Assembly (NCBI GenBank): GCA_000004985.1
Contig: GG738923.1
Origin: Naegleria gruberi
Lineage: Eukaryota
Direction: 5' to 3' (one strand)
DNA: 64,000 nucleotides
Positions 36,001-48,000 of the stretch are shown piece by piece (positions within the stretch are counted from its first letter, which is position 1; each line of letters opens with the position of its first letter). The notes beneath the pieces are model-generated. The model made no database searches, had not been told where the DNA came from, and saw nothing but the letters and a program-made list of their open reading frames with translations. The position numbers and the translations under genes were made by a program.

Positions 36001-39000
36001 NNNNNNNNNNNNNNNNNNNNNNNNNNNNNNNNNNNNNNNNNNNNNNNNNNNNNNNNNNNNNNNNNNNNNNNNNNNNNNNNNNNNNNNNNNNNNNNNNNNN
36101 NNNNNNNNNNNNNNNNNNNNNNNNNNNNNNNNNNNNNNNNNNNNNNNNNNNNNNNNNNNNNNNNNNNNNNNNNNNNNNNNNNNNNNNNNNNNNNNNNNNN
36201 NNNNNNNNNNNNNNNNNNNNNNNNNNNNNNNNNNNNNNNNNNNNNNNNNNNNNNNNNNNNNNNNNNNNNNNNNNNNNNNNNNNNNNNNNNNNNNNNNNNN
36301 NNNNNNNNNNNNNNNNNNNNNNNNNNNNNNNNNNNNNNNNNNNNNNNNNNNNNNNNNNNNNNNNNNNNNNNNNNNNNNNNNNNNNNNNNNNNNNNNNNNN
36401 NNNNNNNNNNNNNNNNNNNNNNNNNNNNNNNNNNNNNNNNNNNNNNNNNNNNNNNNNNNNNNNNNNNNNNNNNNNNNNNNNNNNNNNNNNNNNNNNNNNN
36501 NNNNNNNNNNNNNNNNNNNNNNNNNNNNNNNNNNNNNNNNNNNNNNNNNNNNNNNNNNNNNNNNNNNNNNNNNNNNNNNNNNNNNNNNNNNNNNNNNNNN
36601 NNNNNNNNNNNNNNNNNNNNNNNNNNNNNNNNNNNNNNNNNNNNNNNNNNNNNNNNNNNNNNNNNNNNNNNNNNNNNNNNNNNNNNNNNNNNNNNNNNNN
36701 NNNNNNNNNNNNNNNNNNNNNNNNNNNNNNNNNNNNNNNNNNNNNNNNNNNNNNNNNNNNNNNNNNNNNNNNNNNNNNNNNNNNNNNNNNNNNNNNNNNN
36801 NNNNNNNNNNNNNNNNNNNNNNNNNNNNNNNNNNNNNNNNNNNNNNNNNNNNNNNNNNNNNNNNNNNNNNNNNNNNNNNNNNNNNNNNNNNNNNNNNNNN
36901 NNNNNNNNNNNNNNNNNNNNNNNNNNNNNNNNNNNNNNNNNNNNNNNNNNNNNNNNNNNNNNNNNNNNNNNNNNNNNNNNNNNNNNNNNNNNNNNNNNNN
37001 NNNNNNNNNNNNNNNNNNNNNNNNNNNNNNNNNNNNNNNNNNNNNNNNNNNNNNNNNNNNNNNNNNNNNNNNNNNNNNNNNNNNNNNNNNNNNNNNNNNN
37101 NNNNNNNNNNNNNNNNNNNNNNNNNNNNNNNNNNNNNNNNNNNNNNNNNNNNNNNNNNNNNNNNNNNNNNNNNNNNNNNNNNNNNNNNNNNNNNNNNNNN
37201 NNNNNNNNNNNNNNNNNNNNNNNNNNNNNNNNNNNNNNNNNNNNNNNNNNNNNNNNNNNNNNNNNNNNNNNNNNNNNNNNNNNNNNNNNNNNNNNNNNNN
37301 NNNNNNNNNNNNNNNNNNNNNNNNNNNNNNNNNNNNNNNNNNNNNNNNNNNNNNNNNNNNNNNNNNNNNNNNNNNNNNNNNNNNNNNNNNNNNNNNNNNN
37401 NNNNNNNNNNNNNNNNNNNNNNNNNNNNNNNNNNNNNNNNNNNNNNNNNNNNNNNNNNNNNNNNNNNNNNNNNNNNNNNNNNNNNNNNNNNNNNNNNNNN
37501 NNNNNNNNNNNNNNNNNNNNNNNNNNNNNNNNNNNNNNNNNNNNNNNNNNNNNNNNNNNNNNNNNNNNNNNNNNNNNNNNNNNNNNNNNNNNNNNNNNNN
37601 NNNNNNNNNNNNNNNNNNNNNNNNNNNNNNNNNNNNNNNNNNNNNNNNNNNNNNNNNNNNNNNNNNNNNNNNNNNNNNNNNNNNNNNNNNNNNNNNNNNN
37701 NNNNNNNNNNNNNNNNNNNNNNNNNNNNNNNNNNNNNNNNNNNNNNNNNNNNNNNNNNNNNNNNNNNNNNNNNNNNNNNNNNNNNNNNNNNNNNNNNNNN
37801 NNNNNNNNNNNNNNNNNNNNNNNNNNNNNNNNNNNNNNNNNNNNNNNNNNNNNNNNNNNNNNNNNNNNNNNNNNNNNNNNNNNNNNNNNNNNNNNNNNNN
37901 NNNNNNNNNNNNNNNNNNNNNNNNNNNNNNNNNNNNNNNNNNNNNNNNNNNNNNNNNNNNNNNNNNNNNNNNNNNNNNNNNNNNNNNNNNNNNNNNNNNN
38001 NNNNNNNNNNNNNNNNNNNNNNNNNNNNNNNNNNNNNNNNNNNNNNNNNNNNNNNNNNNNNNNNNNNNNNNNNNNNNNNNNNNNNNNNNNNNNNNNNNNN
38101 NNNNNNNNNNNNNNNNNNNNNNNNNNNNNNNNNNNNNNNNNNNNNNNNNNNNNNNNNNNNNNNNNNNNNNNNNNNNNNNNNNNNNNNNNNNNNNNNNNNN
38201 NNNNNNNNNNNNNNNNNNNNNNNNNNNNNNNNNNNNNNNNNNNNNNNNNNNNNNNNNNNNNNNNNNNNNNNNNNNNNNNNNNNNNNNNNNNNNNNNNNNN
38301 NNNNNNNNNNNNNNNNNNNNNNNNNNNNNNNNNNNNNNNNNNNNNNNNNNNNNNNNNNNNNNNNNNNNNNNNNNNNNNNNNNNNNNNNNNNNNNNNNNNN
38401 NNNNNNNNNNNNNNNNNNNNNNNNNNNNNNNNNNNNNNNNNNNNNNNNNNNNNNNNNNNNNNNNNNNNNNNNNNNNNNNNNNNNNNNNNNNNNNNNNNNN
38501 NNNNNNNNNNNNNNNNNNNNNNNNNNNNNNNNNNNNNNNNNNNNNNNNNNNNNNNNNNNNNNNNNNNNNNNNNNNNNNNNNNNNNNNNNNNNNNNNNNNN
38601 NNNNNNNNNNNNNNNNNNNNNNNNNNNNNNNNNNNNNNNNNNNNNNNNNNNNNNNNNNNNNNNNNNNNNNNNNNNNNNNNNNNNNNNNNNNNNNNNNNNN
38701 NNNNNNNNNNNNNNNNNNNNNNNNNNNNNNNNNNNNNNNNNNNNNNNNNNNNNNNNNNNNNNNNNNNNNNNNNNNNNNNNNNNNNNNNNNNNNNNNNNNN
38801 NNNNNNNNNNNNNNNNNNNNNNNNNNNNNNNNNNNNNNNNNNNNNNNNNNNNNNNNNNNNNNNNNNNNNNNNNNNNNNNNNNNNNNNNNNNNNNNNNNNN
38901 NNNNNNNNNNNNNNNNNNNNNNNNNNNNNNNNNNNNNNNNNNNNNNNNNNNNNNNNNNNNNNNNNNNNNNNNNNNNNNNNNNNNNNNNNNNNNNNNNNNN

Positions 39001-42000
39001 NNNNNNNNNNNNNNNNNNNNNNNNNNNNNNNNNNNNNNNNNNNNNNNNNNNNNNNNNNNNNNNNNNNNNNNNNNNNNNNNNNNNNNNNNNNNNNNNNNNN
39101 NNNNNNNNNNNNNNNNNNNNNNNNNNNNNNNNNNNNNNNNNNNNNNNNNNNNNNNNNNNNNNNNNNNNNNNNNNNNNNNNNNNNNNNNNNNNNNNNNNNN
39201 NNNNNNNNNNNNNNNNNNNNNNNNNNNNNNNNNNNNNNNNNNNNNNNNNNNNNNNNNNNNNNNNNNNNNNNNNNNNNNNNNNNNNNNNNNNNNNNNNNNN
39301 NNNNNNNNNNNNNNNNNNNNNNNNNNNNNNNNNNNNNNNNNNNNNNNNNNNNNNNNNNNNNNNNNNNNNNNNNNNNNNNNNNNNNNNNNNNNNNNNNNNN
39401 NNNNNNNNNNNNNNNNNNNNNNNNNNNNNNNNNNNNNNNNNNNNNNNNNNNNNNNNNNNNNNNNNNNNNNNNNNNNNNNNNNNNNNNNNNNNNNNNNNNN
39501 NNNNNNNNNNNNNNNNNNNNNNNNNNNNNNNNNNNNNNNNNNNNNNNNNNNNNNNNNNNNNNNNNNNNNNNNNNNNNNNNNNNNNNNNNNNNNNNNNNNN
39601 NNNNNNNNNNNNNNNNNNNNNNNNNNNNNNNNNNNNNNNNNNNNNNNNNNNNNNNNNNNNNNNNNNNNNNNNNNNNNNNNNNNNNNNNNNNNNNNNNNNN
39701 NNNNNNNNNNNNNNNNNNNNNNNNNNNNNNNNNNNNNNNNNNNNNNNNNNNNNNNNNNNNNNNNNNNNNNNNNNNNNNNNNNNNNNNNNNNNNNNNNNNN
39801 NNNNNNNNNNNNNNNNNNNNNNNNNNNNNNNNNNNNNNNNNNNNNNNNNNNNNNNNNNNNNNNNNNNNNNNNNNNNNNNNNNNNNNNNNNNNNNNNNNNN
39901 NNNNNNNNNNNNNNNNNNNNNNNNNNNNNNNNNNNNNNNNNNNNNNNNNNNNNNNNNNNNNNNNNNNNNNNNNNNNNNNNNNNNNNNNNNNNNNNNNNNN
40001 NNNNNNNNNNNNNNNNNNNNNNNNNNNNNNNNNNNNNNNNNNNNNNNNNNNNNNNNNNNNNNNNNNNNNNNNNNNNNNNNNNNNNNNNNNNNNNNNNNNN
40101 NNNNNNNNNNNNNNNNNNNNNNNNNNNNNNNNNNNNNNNNNNNNNNNNNNNNNNNNNNNNNNNNNNNNNNNNNNNNNNNNNNNNNNNNNNNNNNNNNNNN
40201 NNNNNNNNNNNNNNNNNNNNNNNNNNNNNNNNNNNNNNNNNNNNNNNNNNNNNNNNNNNNNNNNNNNNNNNNNNNNNNNNNNNNNNNNNNNNNNNNNNNN
40301 NNNNNNNNNNNNNNNNNNNNNNNNNNNNNNNNNNNNNNNNNNNNNNNNNNNNNNNNNNNNNNNNNNNNNNNNNNNNNNNNNNNNNNNNNNNNNNNNNNNN
40401 NNNNNNNNNNNNNNNNNNNNNNNNNNNNNNNNNNNNNNNNNNNNNNNNNNNNNNNNNNNNNNNNNNNNNNNNNNNNNNNNNNNNNNNNNNNNNNNNNNNN
40501 NNNNNNNNNNNNNNNNNNNNNNNNNNNNNNNNNNNNNNNNNNNNNNNNNNNNNNNNNNNNNNNNNNNNNNNNNNNNNNNNNNNNNNNNNNNNNNNNNNNN
40601 NNNNNNNNNNNNNNNNNNNNNNNNNNNNNNNNNNNNNNNNNNNNNNNNNNNNNNNNNNNNNNNNNNNNNNNNNNNNNNNNNNNNNNNNNNNNNNNNNNNN
40701 NNNNNNNNNNNNNNNNNNNNNNNNNNNNNNNNNNNNNNNNNNNNNNNNNNNNNNNNNNNNNNNNNNNNNNNNNNNNNNNNNNNNNNNNNNNNNNNNNNNN
40801 NNNNNNNNNNNNNNNNNNNNNNNNNNNNNNNNNNNNNNNNNNNNNNNNNNNNNNNNNNNNNNNNNNNNNNNNNNNNNNNNNNNNNNNNNNNNNNNNNNNN
40901 NNNNNNNNNNNNNNNNNNNNNNNNNNNNNNNNNNNNNNNNNNNNNNNNNNNNNNNNNNNNNNNNNNNNNNNNNNNNNNNNNNNNNNNNNNNNNNNNNNNN
41001 NNNNNNNNNNNNNNNNNNNNNNNNNNNNNNNNNNNNNNNNNNNNNNNNNNNNNNNNNNNNNNNNNNNNNNNNNNNNNNNNNNNNNNNNNNNNNNNNNNNN
41101 NNNNNNNNNNNNNNNNNNNNNNNNNNNNNNNNNNNNNNNNNNNNNNNNNNNNNNNNNNNNNNNNNNNNNNNNNNNNNNNNNNNNNNNNNNNNNNNNNNNN
41201 NNNNNNNNNNNNNNNNNNNNNNNNNNNNNNNNNNNNNNNNNNNNNNNNNNNNNNNNNNNNNNNNNNNNNNNNNNNNNNNNNNNNNNNNNNNNNNNNNNNN
41301 NNNNNNNNNNNNNNNNNNNNNNNNNNNNNNNNNNNNNNNNNNNNNNNNNNNNNNNNNNNNNNNNNNNNNNNNNNNNNNNNNNNNNNNNNNNNNNNNNNNN
41401 NNNNNNNNNNNNNNNNNNNNNNNNNNNNNNNNNNNNNNNNNNNNNNNNNNNNNNNNNNNNNNNNNNNNNNNNNNNNNNNNNNNNNNNNNNNNNNNNNNNN
41501 NNNNNNNNNNNNNNNNNNNNNNNNNNNNNNNNNNNNNNNNNNNNNNNNNNNNNNNNNNNNNNNNNNNNNNNNNNNNNNNNNNNNNNNNNNNNNNNNNNNN
41601 NNNNNNNNNNNNNNNNNNNNNNNNNNNNNNNNNNNNNNNNNNNNNNNNNNNNNNNNNNNNNNNNNNNNNNNNNNNNNNNNNNNNNNNNNNNNNNNNNNNN
41701 NNNNNNNNNNNNNNNNNNNNNNNNNNNNNNNNNNNNNNNNNNNNNNNNNNNNNNNNNNNNNNNNNNNNNNNNNNNNNNNNNNNNNNNNNNNNNNNNNNNN
41801 NNNNNNNNNNNNNNNNNNNNNNNNNNNNNNNNNNNNNNNNNNNNNNNNNNNNNNNNNNNNNNNNNNNNNNNNNNNNNNNNNNNNNNNNNNNNNNNNNNNN
41901 NNNNNNNNNNNNNNNNNNNNNNNNNNNNNNNNNNNNNNNNNNNNNNNNNNNNNNNNNNNNNNNNNNNNNNNNNNNNNNNNNNNNNNNNNNNNNNNNNNNN

Positions 42001-45000
42001 NNNNNNNNNNNNNNNNNNNNNNNNNNNNNNNNNNNNNNNNNNNNNNNNNNNNNNNNNNNNNNNNNNNNNNNNNNNNNNNNNNNNNNNNNNNNNNNNNNNN
42101 NNNNNNNNNNNNNNNNNNNNNNNNNNNNNNNNNNNNNNNNNNNNNNNNNNNNNNNNNNNNNNNNNNNNNNNNNNNNNNNNNNNNNNNNNNNNNNNNNNNN
42201 NNNNNNNNNNNNNNNNNNNNNNNNNNNNNNNNNNNNNNNNNNNNNNNNNNNNNNNNNNNNNNNNNNNNNNNNNNNNNNNNNNNNNNNNNNNNNNNNNNNN
42301 NNNNNNNNNNNNNNNNNNNNNNNNNNNNNNNNNNNNNNNNNNNNNNNNNNNNNNNNNNNNNNNNNNNNNNNNNNNNNNNNNNNNNNNNNNNNNNNNNNNN
42401 NNNNNNNNNNNNNNNNNNNNNNNNNNNNNNNNNNNNNNNNNNNNNNNNNNNNNNNNNNNNNNNNNNNNNNNNNNNNNNNNNNNNNNNNNNNNNNNNNNNN
42501 NNNNNNNNNNNNNNNNNNNNNNNNNNNNNNNNNNNNNNNNNNNNNNNNNNNNNNNNNNNNNNNNNNNNNNNNNNNNNNNNNNNNNNNNNNNNNNNNNNNN
42601 NNNNNNNNNNNNNNNNNNNNNNNNNNNNNNNNNNNNNNNNNNNNNNNNNNNNNNNNNNNNNNNNNNNNNNNNNNNNNNNNNNNNNNNNNNNNNNNNNNNN
42701 NNNNNNNNNNNNNNNNNNNNNNNNNNNNNNNNNNNNNNNNNNNNNNNNNNNNNNNNNNNNNNNNNNNNNNNNNNNNNNNNNNNNNNNNNNNNNNNNNNNN
42801 NNNNNNNNNNNNNNNNNNNNNNNNNNNNNNNNNNNNNNNNNNNNNNNNNNNNNNNNNNNNNNNNNNNNNNNNNNNNNNNNNNNNNNNNNNNNNNNNNNNN
42901 NNNNNNNNNNNNNNNNNNNNNNNNNNNNNNNNNNNNNNNNNNNNNNNNNNNNNNNNNNNNNNNNNNNNNNNNNNNNNNNNNNNNNNNNNNNNNNNNNNNN
43001 NNNNNNNNNNNNNNNNNNNNNNNNNNNNNNNNNNNNNNNNNNNNNNNNNNNNNNNNNNNNNNNNNNNNNNNNNNNNNNNNNNNNNNNNNNNNNNNNNNNN
43101 NNNNNNNNNNNNNNNNNNNNNNNNNNNNNNNNNNNNNNNNNNNNNNNNNNNNNNNNNNNNNNNNNNNNNNNNNNNNNNNNNNNNNNNNNNNNNNNNNNNN
43201 NNNNNNNNNNNNNNNNNNNNNNNNNNNNNNNNNNNNNNNNNNNNNNNNNNNNNNNNNNNNNNNNNNNNNNNNNNNNNNNNNNNNNNNNNNNNNNNNNNNN
43301 NNNNNNNNNNNNNNNNNNNNNNNNNNNNNNNNNNNNNNNNNNNNNNNNNNNNNNNNNNNNNNNNNNNNNNNNNNNNNNNNNNNNNNNNNNNNNNNNNNNN
43401 NNNNNNNNNNNNNNNNNNNNNNNNNNNNNNNNNNNNNNNNNNNNNNNNNNNNNNNNNNNNNNNNNNNNNNNNNNNNNNNNNNNNNNNNNNNNNNNNNNNN
43501 NNNNNNNNNNNNNNNNNNNNNNNNNNNNNNNNNNNNNNNNNNNNNNNNNNNNNNNNNNNNNNNNNNNNNNNNNNNNNNNNNNNNNNNNNNNNNNNNNNNN
43601 NNNNNNNNNNNNNNNNNNNNNNNNNNNNNNNNNNNNNNNNNNNNNNNNNNNNNNNNNNNNNNNNNNNNNNNNNNNNNNNNNNNNNNNNNNNNNNNNNNNN
43701 NNNNNNNNNNNNNNNNNNNNNNNNNNNNNNNNNNNNNNNNNNNNNNNNNNNNNNNNNNNNNNNNNNNNNNNNNNNNNNNNNNNNNNNNNNNNNNNNNNNN
43801 NNNNNNNNNNNNNNNNNNNNNNNNNNNNNNNNNNNNNNNNNNNNNNNNNNNNNNNNNNNNNNNNNNNNNNNNNNNNNNNNNNNNNNNNNNNNNNNNNNNN
43901 NNNNNNNNNNNNNNNNNNNNNNNNNNNNNNNNNNNNNNNNNNNNNNNNNNNNNNNNNNNNNNNNNNNNNNNNNNNNNNNNNNNNNNNNNNNNNNNNNNNN
44001 NNNNNNNNNNNNNNNNNNNNNNNNNNNNNNNNNNNNNNNNNNNNNNNNNNNNNNNNNNNNNNNNNNNNNNNNNNNNNNNNNNNNNNNNNNNNNNNNNNNN
44101 NNNNNNNNNNNNNNNNNNNNNNNNNNNNNNNNNNNNNNNNNNNNNNNNNNNNNNNNNNNNNNNNNNNNNNNNNNNNNNNNNNNNNNNNNNNNNNNNNNNN
44201 NNNNNNNNNNNNNNNNNNNNNNNNNNNNNNNNNNNNNNNNNNNNNNNNNNNNNNNNNNNNNNNNNNNNNNNNNNNNNNNNNNNNNNNNNNNNNNNNNNNN
44301 NNNNNNNNNNNNNNNNNNNNNNNNNNNNNNNNNNNNNNNNNNNNNNNNNNNNNNNNNNNNNNNNNNNNNNNNNNNNNNNNNNNNNNNNNNNNNNNNNNNN
44401 NNNNNNNNNNNNNNNNNNNNNNNNNNNNNNNNNNNNNNNNNNNNNNNNNNNNNNNNNNNNNNNNNNNNNNNNNNNNNNNNNNNNNNNNNNNNNNNNNNNN
44501 NNNNNNNNNNNNNNNNNNNNNNNNNNNNNNNNNNNNNNNNNNNNNNNNNNNNNNNNNNNNNNNNNNNNNNNNNNNNNNNNNNNNNNNNNNNNNNNNNNNN
44601 NNNNNNNNNNNNNNNNNNNNNNNNNNNNNNNNNNNNNNNNNNNNNNNNNNNNNNNNNNNNNNNNNNNNNNNNNNNNNNNNNNNNNNNNNNNNNNNNNNNN
44701 NNNNNNNNNNNNNNNNNNNNNNNNNNNNNNNNNNNNNNNNNNNNNNNNNNNNNNNNNNNNNNNNNNNNNNNNNNNNNNNNNNNNNNNNNNNNNNNNNNNN
44801 NNNNNNNNNNNNNNNNNNNNNNNNNNNNNNNNNNNNNNNNNNNNNNNNNNNNNNNNNNNNNNNNNNNNNNNNNNNNNNNNNNNNNNNNNNNNNNNNNNNN
44901 NNNNNNNNNNNNNNNNNNNNNNNNNNNNNNNNNNNNNNNNNNNNNNNNNNNNNNNNNNNNNNNNNNNNNNNNNNNNNNNNNNNNNNNNNNNNNNNNNNNN

Positions 45001-48000
45001 NNNNNNNNNNNNNNNNNNNNNNNNNNNNNNNNNNNNNNNNNNNNNNNNNNNNNNNNNNNNNNNNNNNNNNNNNNNNNNNNNNNNNNNNNNNNNNNNNNNN
45101 NNNNNNNNNNNNNNNNNNNNNNNNNNNNNNNNNNNNNNNNNNNNNNNNNNNNNNNNNNNNNNNNNNNNNNNNNNNNNNNNNNNNNNNNNNNNNNNNNNNN
45201 NNNNNNNNNNNNNNNNNNNNNNNNNNNNNNNNNNNNNNNNNNNNNNNNNNNNNNNNNNNNNNNNNNNNNNNNNNNNNNNNNNNNNNNNNNNNNNNNNNNN
45301 NNNNNNNNNNNNNNNNNNNNNNNNNNNNNNNNNNNNNNNNNNNNNNNNNNNNNNNNNNNNNNNNNNNNNNNNNNNNNNNNNNNNNNNNNNNNNNNNNNNN
45401 NNNNNNNNNNNNNNNNNNNNNNNNNNNNNNNNNNNNNNNNNNNNNNNNNNNNNNNNNNNNNNNNNNNNNNNNNNNNNNNNNNNNNNNNNNNNNNNNNNNN
45501 NNNNNNNNNNNNNNNNNNNNNNNNNNNNNNNNNNNNNNNNNNNNNNNNNNNNNNNNNNNNNNNNNNNNNNNNNNNNNNNNNNNNNNNNNNNNNNNNNNNN
45601 NNNNNNNNNNNNNNNNNNNNNNNNNNNNNNNNNNNNNNNNNNNNNNNNNNNNNNNNNNNNNNNNNNNNNNNNNNNNNNNNNNNNNNNNNNNNNNNNNNNN
45701 NNNNNNNNNNNNNNNNNNNNNNNNNNNNNNNNNNNNNNNNNNNNNNNNNNNNNNNNNNNNNNNNNNNNNNNNNNNNNNNNNNNNNNNNNNNNNNNNNNNN
45801 NNNNNNNNNNNNNNNNNNNNNNNNNNNNNNNNNNNNNNNNNNNNNNNNNNNNNNNNNNNNNNNNNNNNNNNNNNNNNNNNNNNNNNNNNNNNNNNNNNNN
45901 NNNNNNNNNNNNNNNNNNNNNNNNNNNNNNNNNNNNNNNNNNNNNNNNNNNNNNNNNNNNNNNNNNNNNNNNNNNNNNNNNNNNNNNNNNNNNNNNNNNN
46001 NNNNNNNNNNNNNNNNNNNNNNNNNNNNNNNNNNNNNNNNNNNNNNNNNNNNNNNNNNNNNNNNNNNNNNNNNNNNNNNNNNNNNNNNNNNNNNNNNNNN
46101 NNNNNNNNNNNNNNNNNNNNNNNNNNNNNNNNNNNNNNNNNNNNNNNNNNNNNNNNNNNNNNNNNNNNNNNNNNNNNNNNNNNNNNNNNNNNNNNNNNNN
46201 NNNNNNNNNNNNNNNNNNNNNNNNNNNNNNNNNNNNNNNNNNNNNNNNNNNNNNNNNNNNNNNNNNNNNNNNNNNNNNNNNNNNNNNNNNNNNNNNNNNN
46301 NNNNNNNNNNNNNNNNNNNNNNNNNNNNNNNNNNNNNNNNNNNNNNNNNNNNNNNNNNNNNNNNNNNNNNNNNNNNNNNNNNNNNNNNNNNNNNNNNNNN
46401 NNNNNNNNNNNNNNNNNNNNNNNNNNNNNNNNNNNNNNNNNNNNNNNNNNNNNNNNNNNNNNNNNNNNNNNNNNNNNNNNNNNNNNNNNNNNNNNNNNNN
46501 NNNNNNNNNNNNNNNNNNNNNNNNNNNNNNNNNNNNNNNNNNNNNNNNNNNNNNNNNNNNNNNNNNNNNNNNNNNNNNNNNNNNNNNNNNNNNNNNNNNN
46601 NNNNNNNNNNNNNNNNNNNNNNNNNNNNNNNNNNNNNNNNNNNNNNNNNNNNNNNNNNNNNNNNNNNNNNNNNNNNNNNNNNNNNNNNNNNNNNNNNNNN
46701 NNNNNNNNNNNNNNNNNNNNNNNNNNNNNNNNNNNNNNNNNNNNNNNNNNNNNNNNNNNNNNNNNNNNNNNNNNNNNNNNNNNNNNNNNNNNNNNNNNNN
46801 NNNNNNNNNNNNNNNNNNNNNNNNNNNNNNNNNNNNNNNNNNNNNNNNNNNNNNNNNNNNNNNNNNNNNNNNNNNNNNNNNNNNNNNNNNNNNNNNNNNN
46901 NNNNNNNNNNNNNNNNNNNNNNNNNNNNNNNNNNNNNNNNNNNNNNNNNNNNNNNNNNNNNNNNNNNNNNNNNNNNNNNNNNNNNNNNNNNNNNNNNNNN
47001 NNNNNNNNNNNNNNNNNNNNNNNNNNNNNNNNNNNNNNNNNNNNNNNNNNNNNNNNNNNNNNNNNNNNNNNNNNNNNNNNNNNNNNNNNNNNNNNNNNNN
47101 NNNNNNNNNNNNNNNNNNNNNNNNNNNNNNNNNNNNNNNNNNNNNNNNNNNNNNNNNNNNNNNNNNNNNNNNNNNNNNNNNNNNNNNNNNNNNNNNNNNN
47201 NNNNNNNNNNNNNNNNNNNNNNNNNNNNNNNNNNNNNNNNNNNNNNNNNNNNNNNNNNNNNNNNNNNNNNNNNNNNNNNNNNNNNNNNNNNNNNNNNNNN
47301 NNNNNNNNNNNNNNNNNNNNNNNNNNNNNNNNNNNNNNNNNNNNNNNNNNNNNNNNNNNNNNNNNNNNNNNNNNNNNNNNNNNNNNNNNNNNNNNNNNNN
47401 NNNNNNNNNNNNNNNNNNNNNNNNNNNNNNNNNNNNNNNNNNNNNNNNNNNNNNNNNNNNNNNNNNNNNNNNNNNNNNNNNNNNNNNNNNNNNNNNNNNN
47501 NNNNNNNNNNNNNNNNNNNNNNNNNNNNNNNNNNNNNNNNNNNNNNNNNNNNNNNNNNNNNNNNNNNNNNNNNNNNNNNNNNNNNNNNNNNNNNNNNNNN
47601 NNNNNNNNNNNNNNNNNNNNNNNNNNNNNNNNNNNNNNNNNNNNNNNNNNNNNNNNNNNNNNNNNNNNNNNNNNNNNNNNNNNNNNNNNNNNNNNNNNNN
47701 NNNNNNNNNNNNNNNNNNNNNNNNNNNNNNNNNNNNNNNNNNNNNNNNNNNNNNNNNNNNNNNNNNNNNNNNNNNNNNNNNNNNNNNNNNNNNNNNNNNN
47801 NNNNNNNNNNNNNNNNNNNNNNNNNNNNNNNNNNNNNNNNNNNNNNNNNNNNNNNNNNNNNNNNNNNNNNNNNNNNNNNNNNNNNNNNNNNNNNNNNNNN
47901 NNNNNNNNNNNNNNNNNNNNNNNNNNNNNNNNNNNNNNNNNNNNNNNNNNNNNNNNNNNNNNNNNNNNNNNNNNNNNNNNNNNNNNNNNNNNNNNNNNNN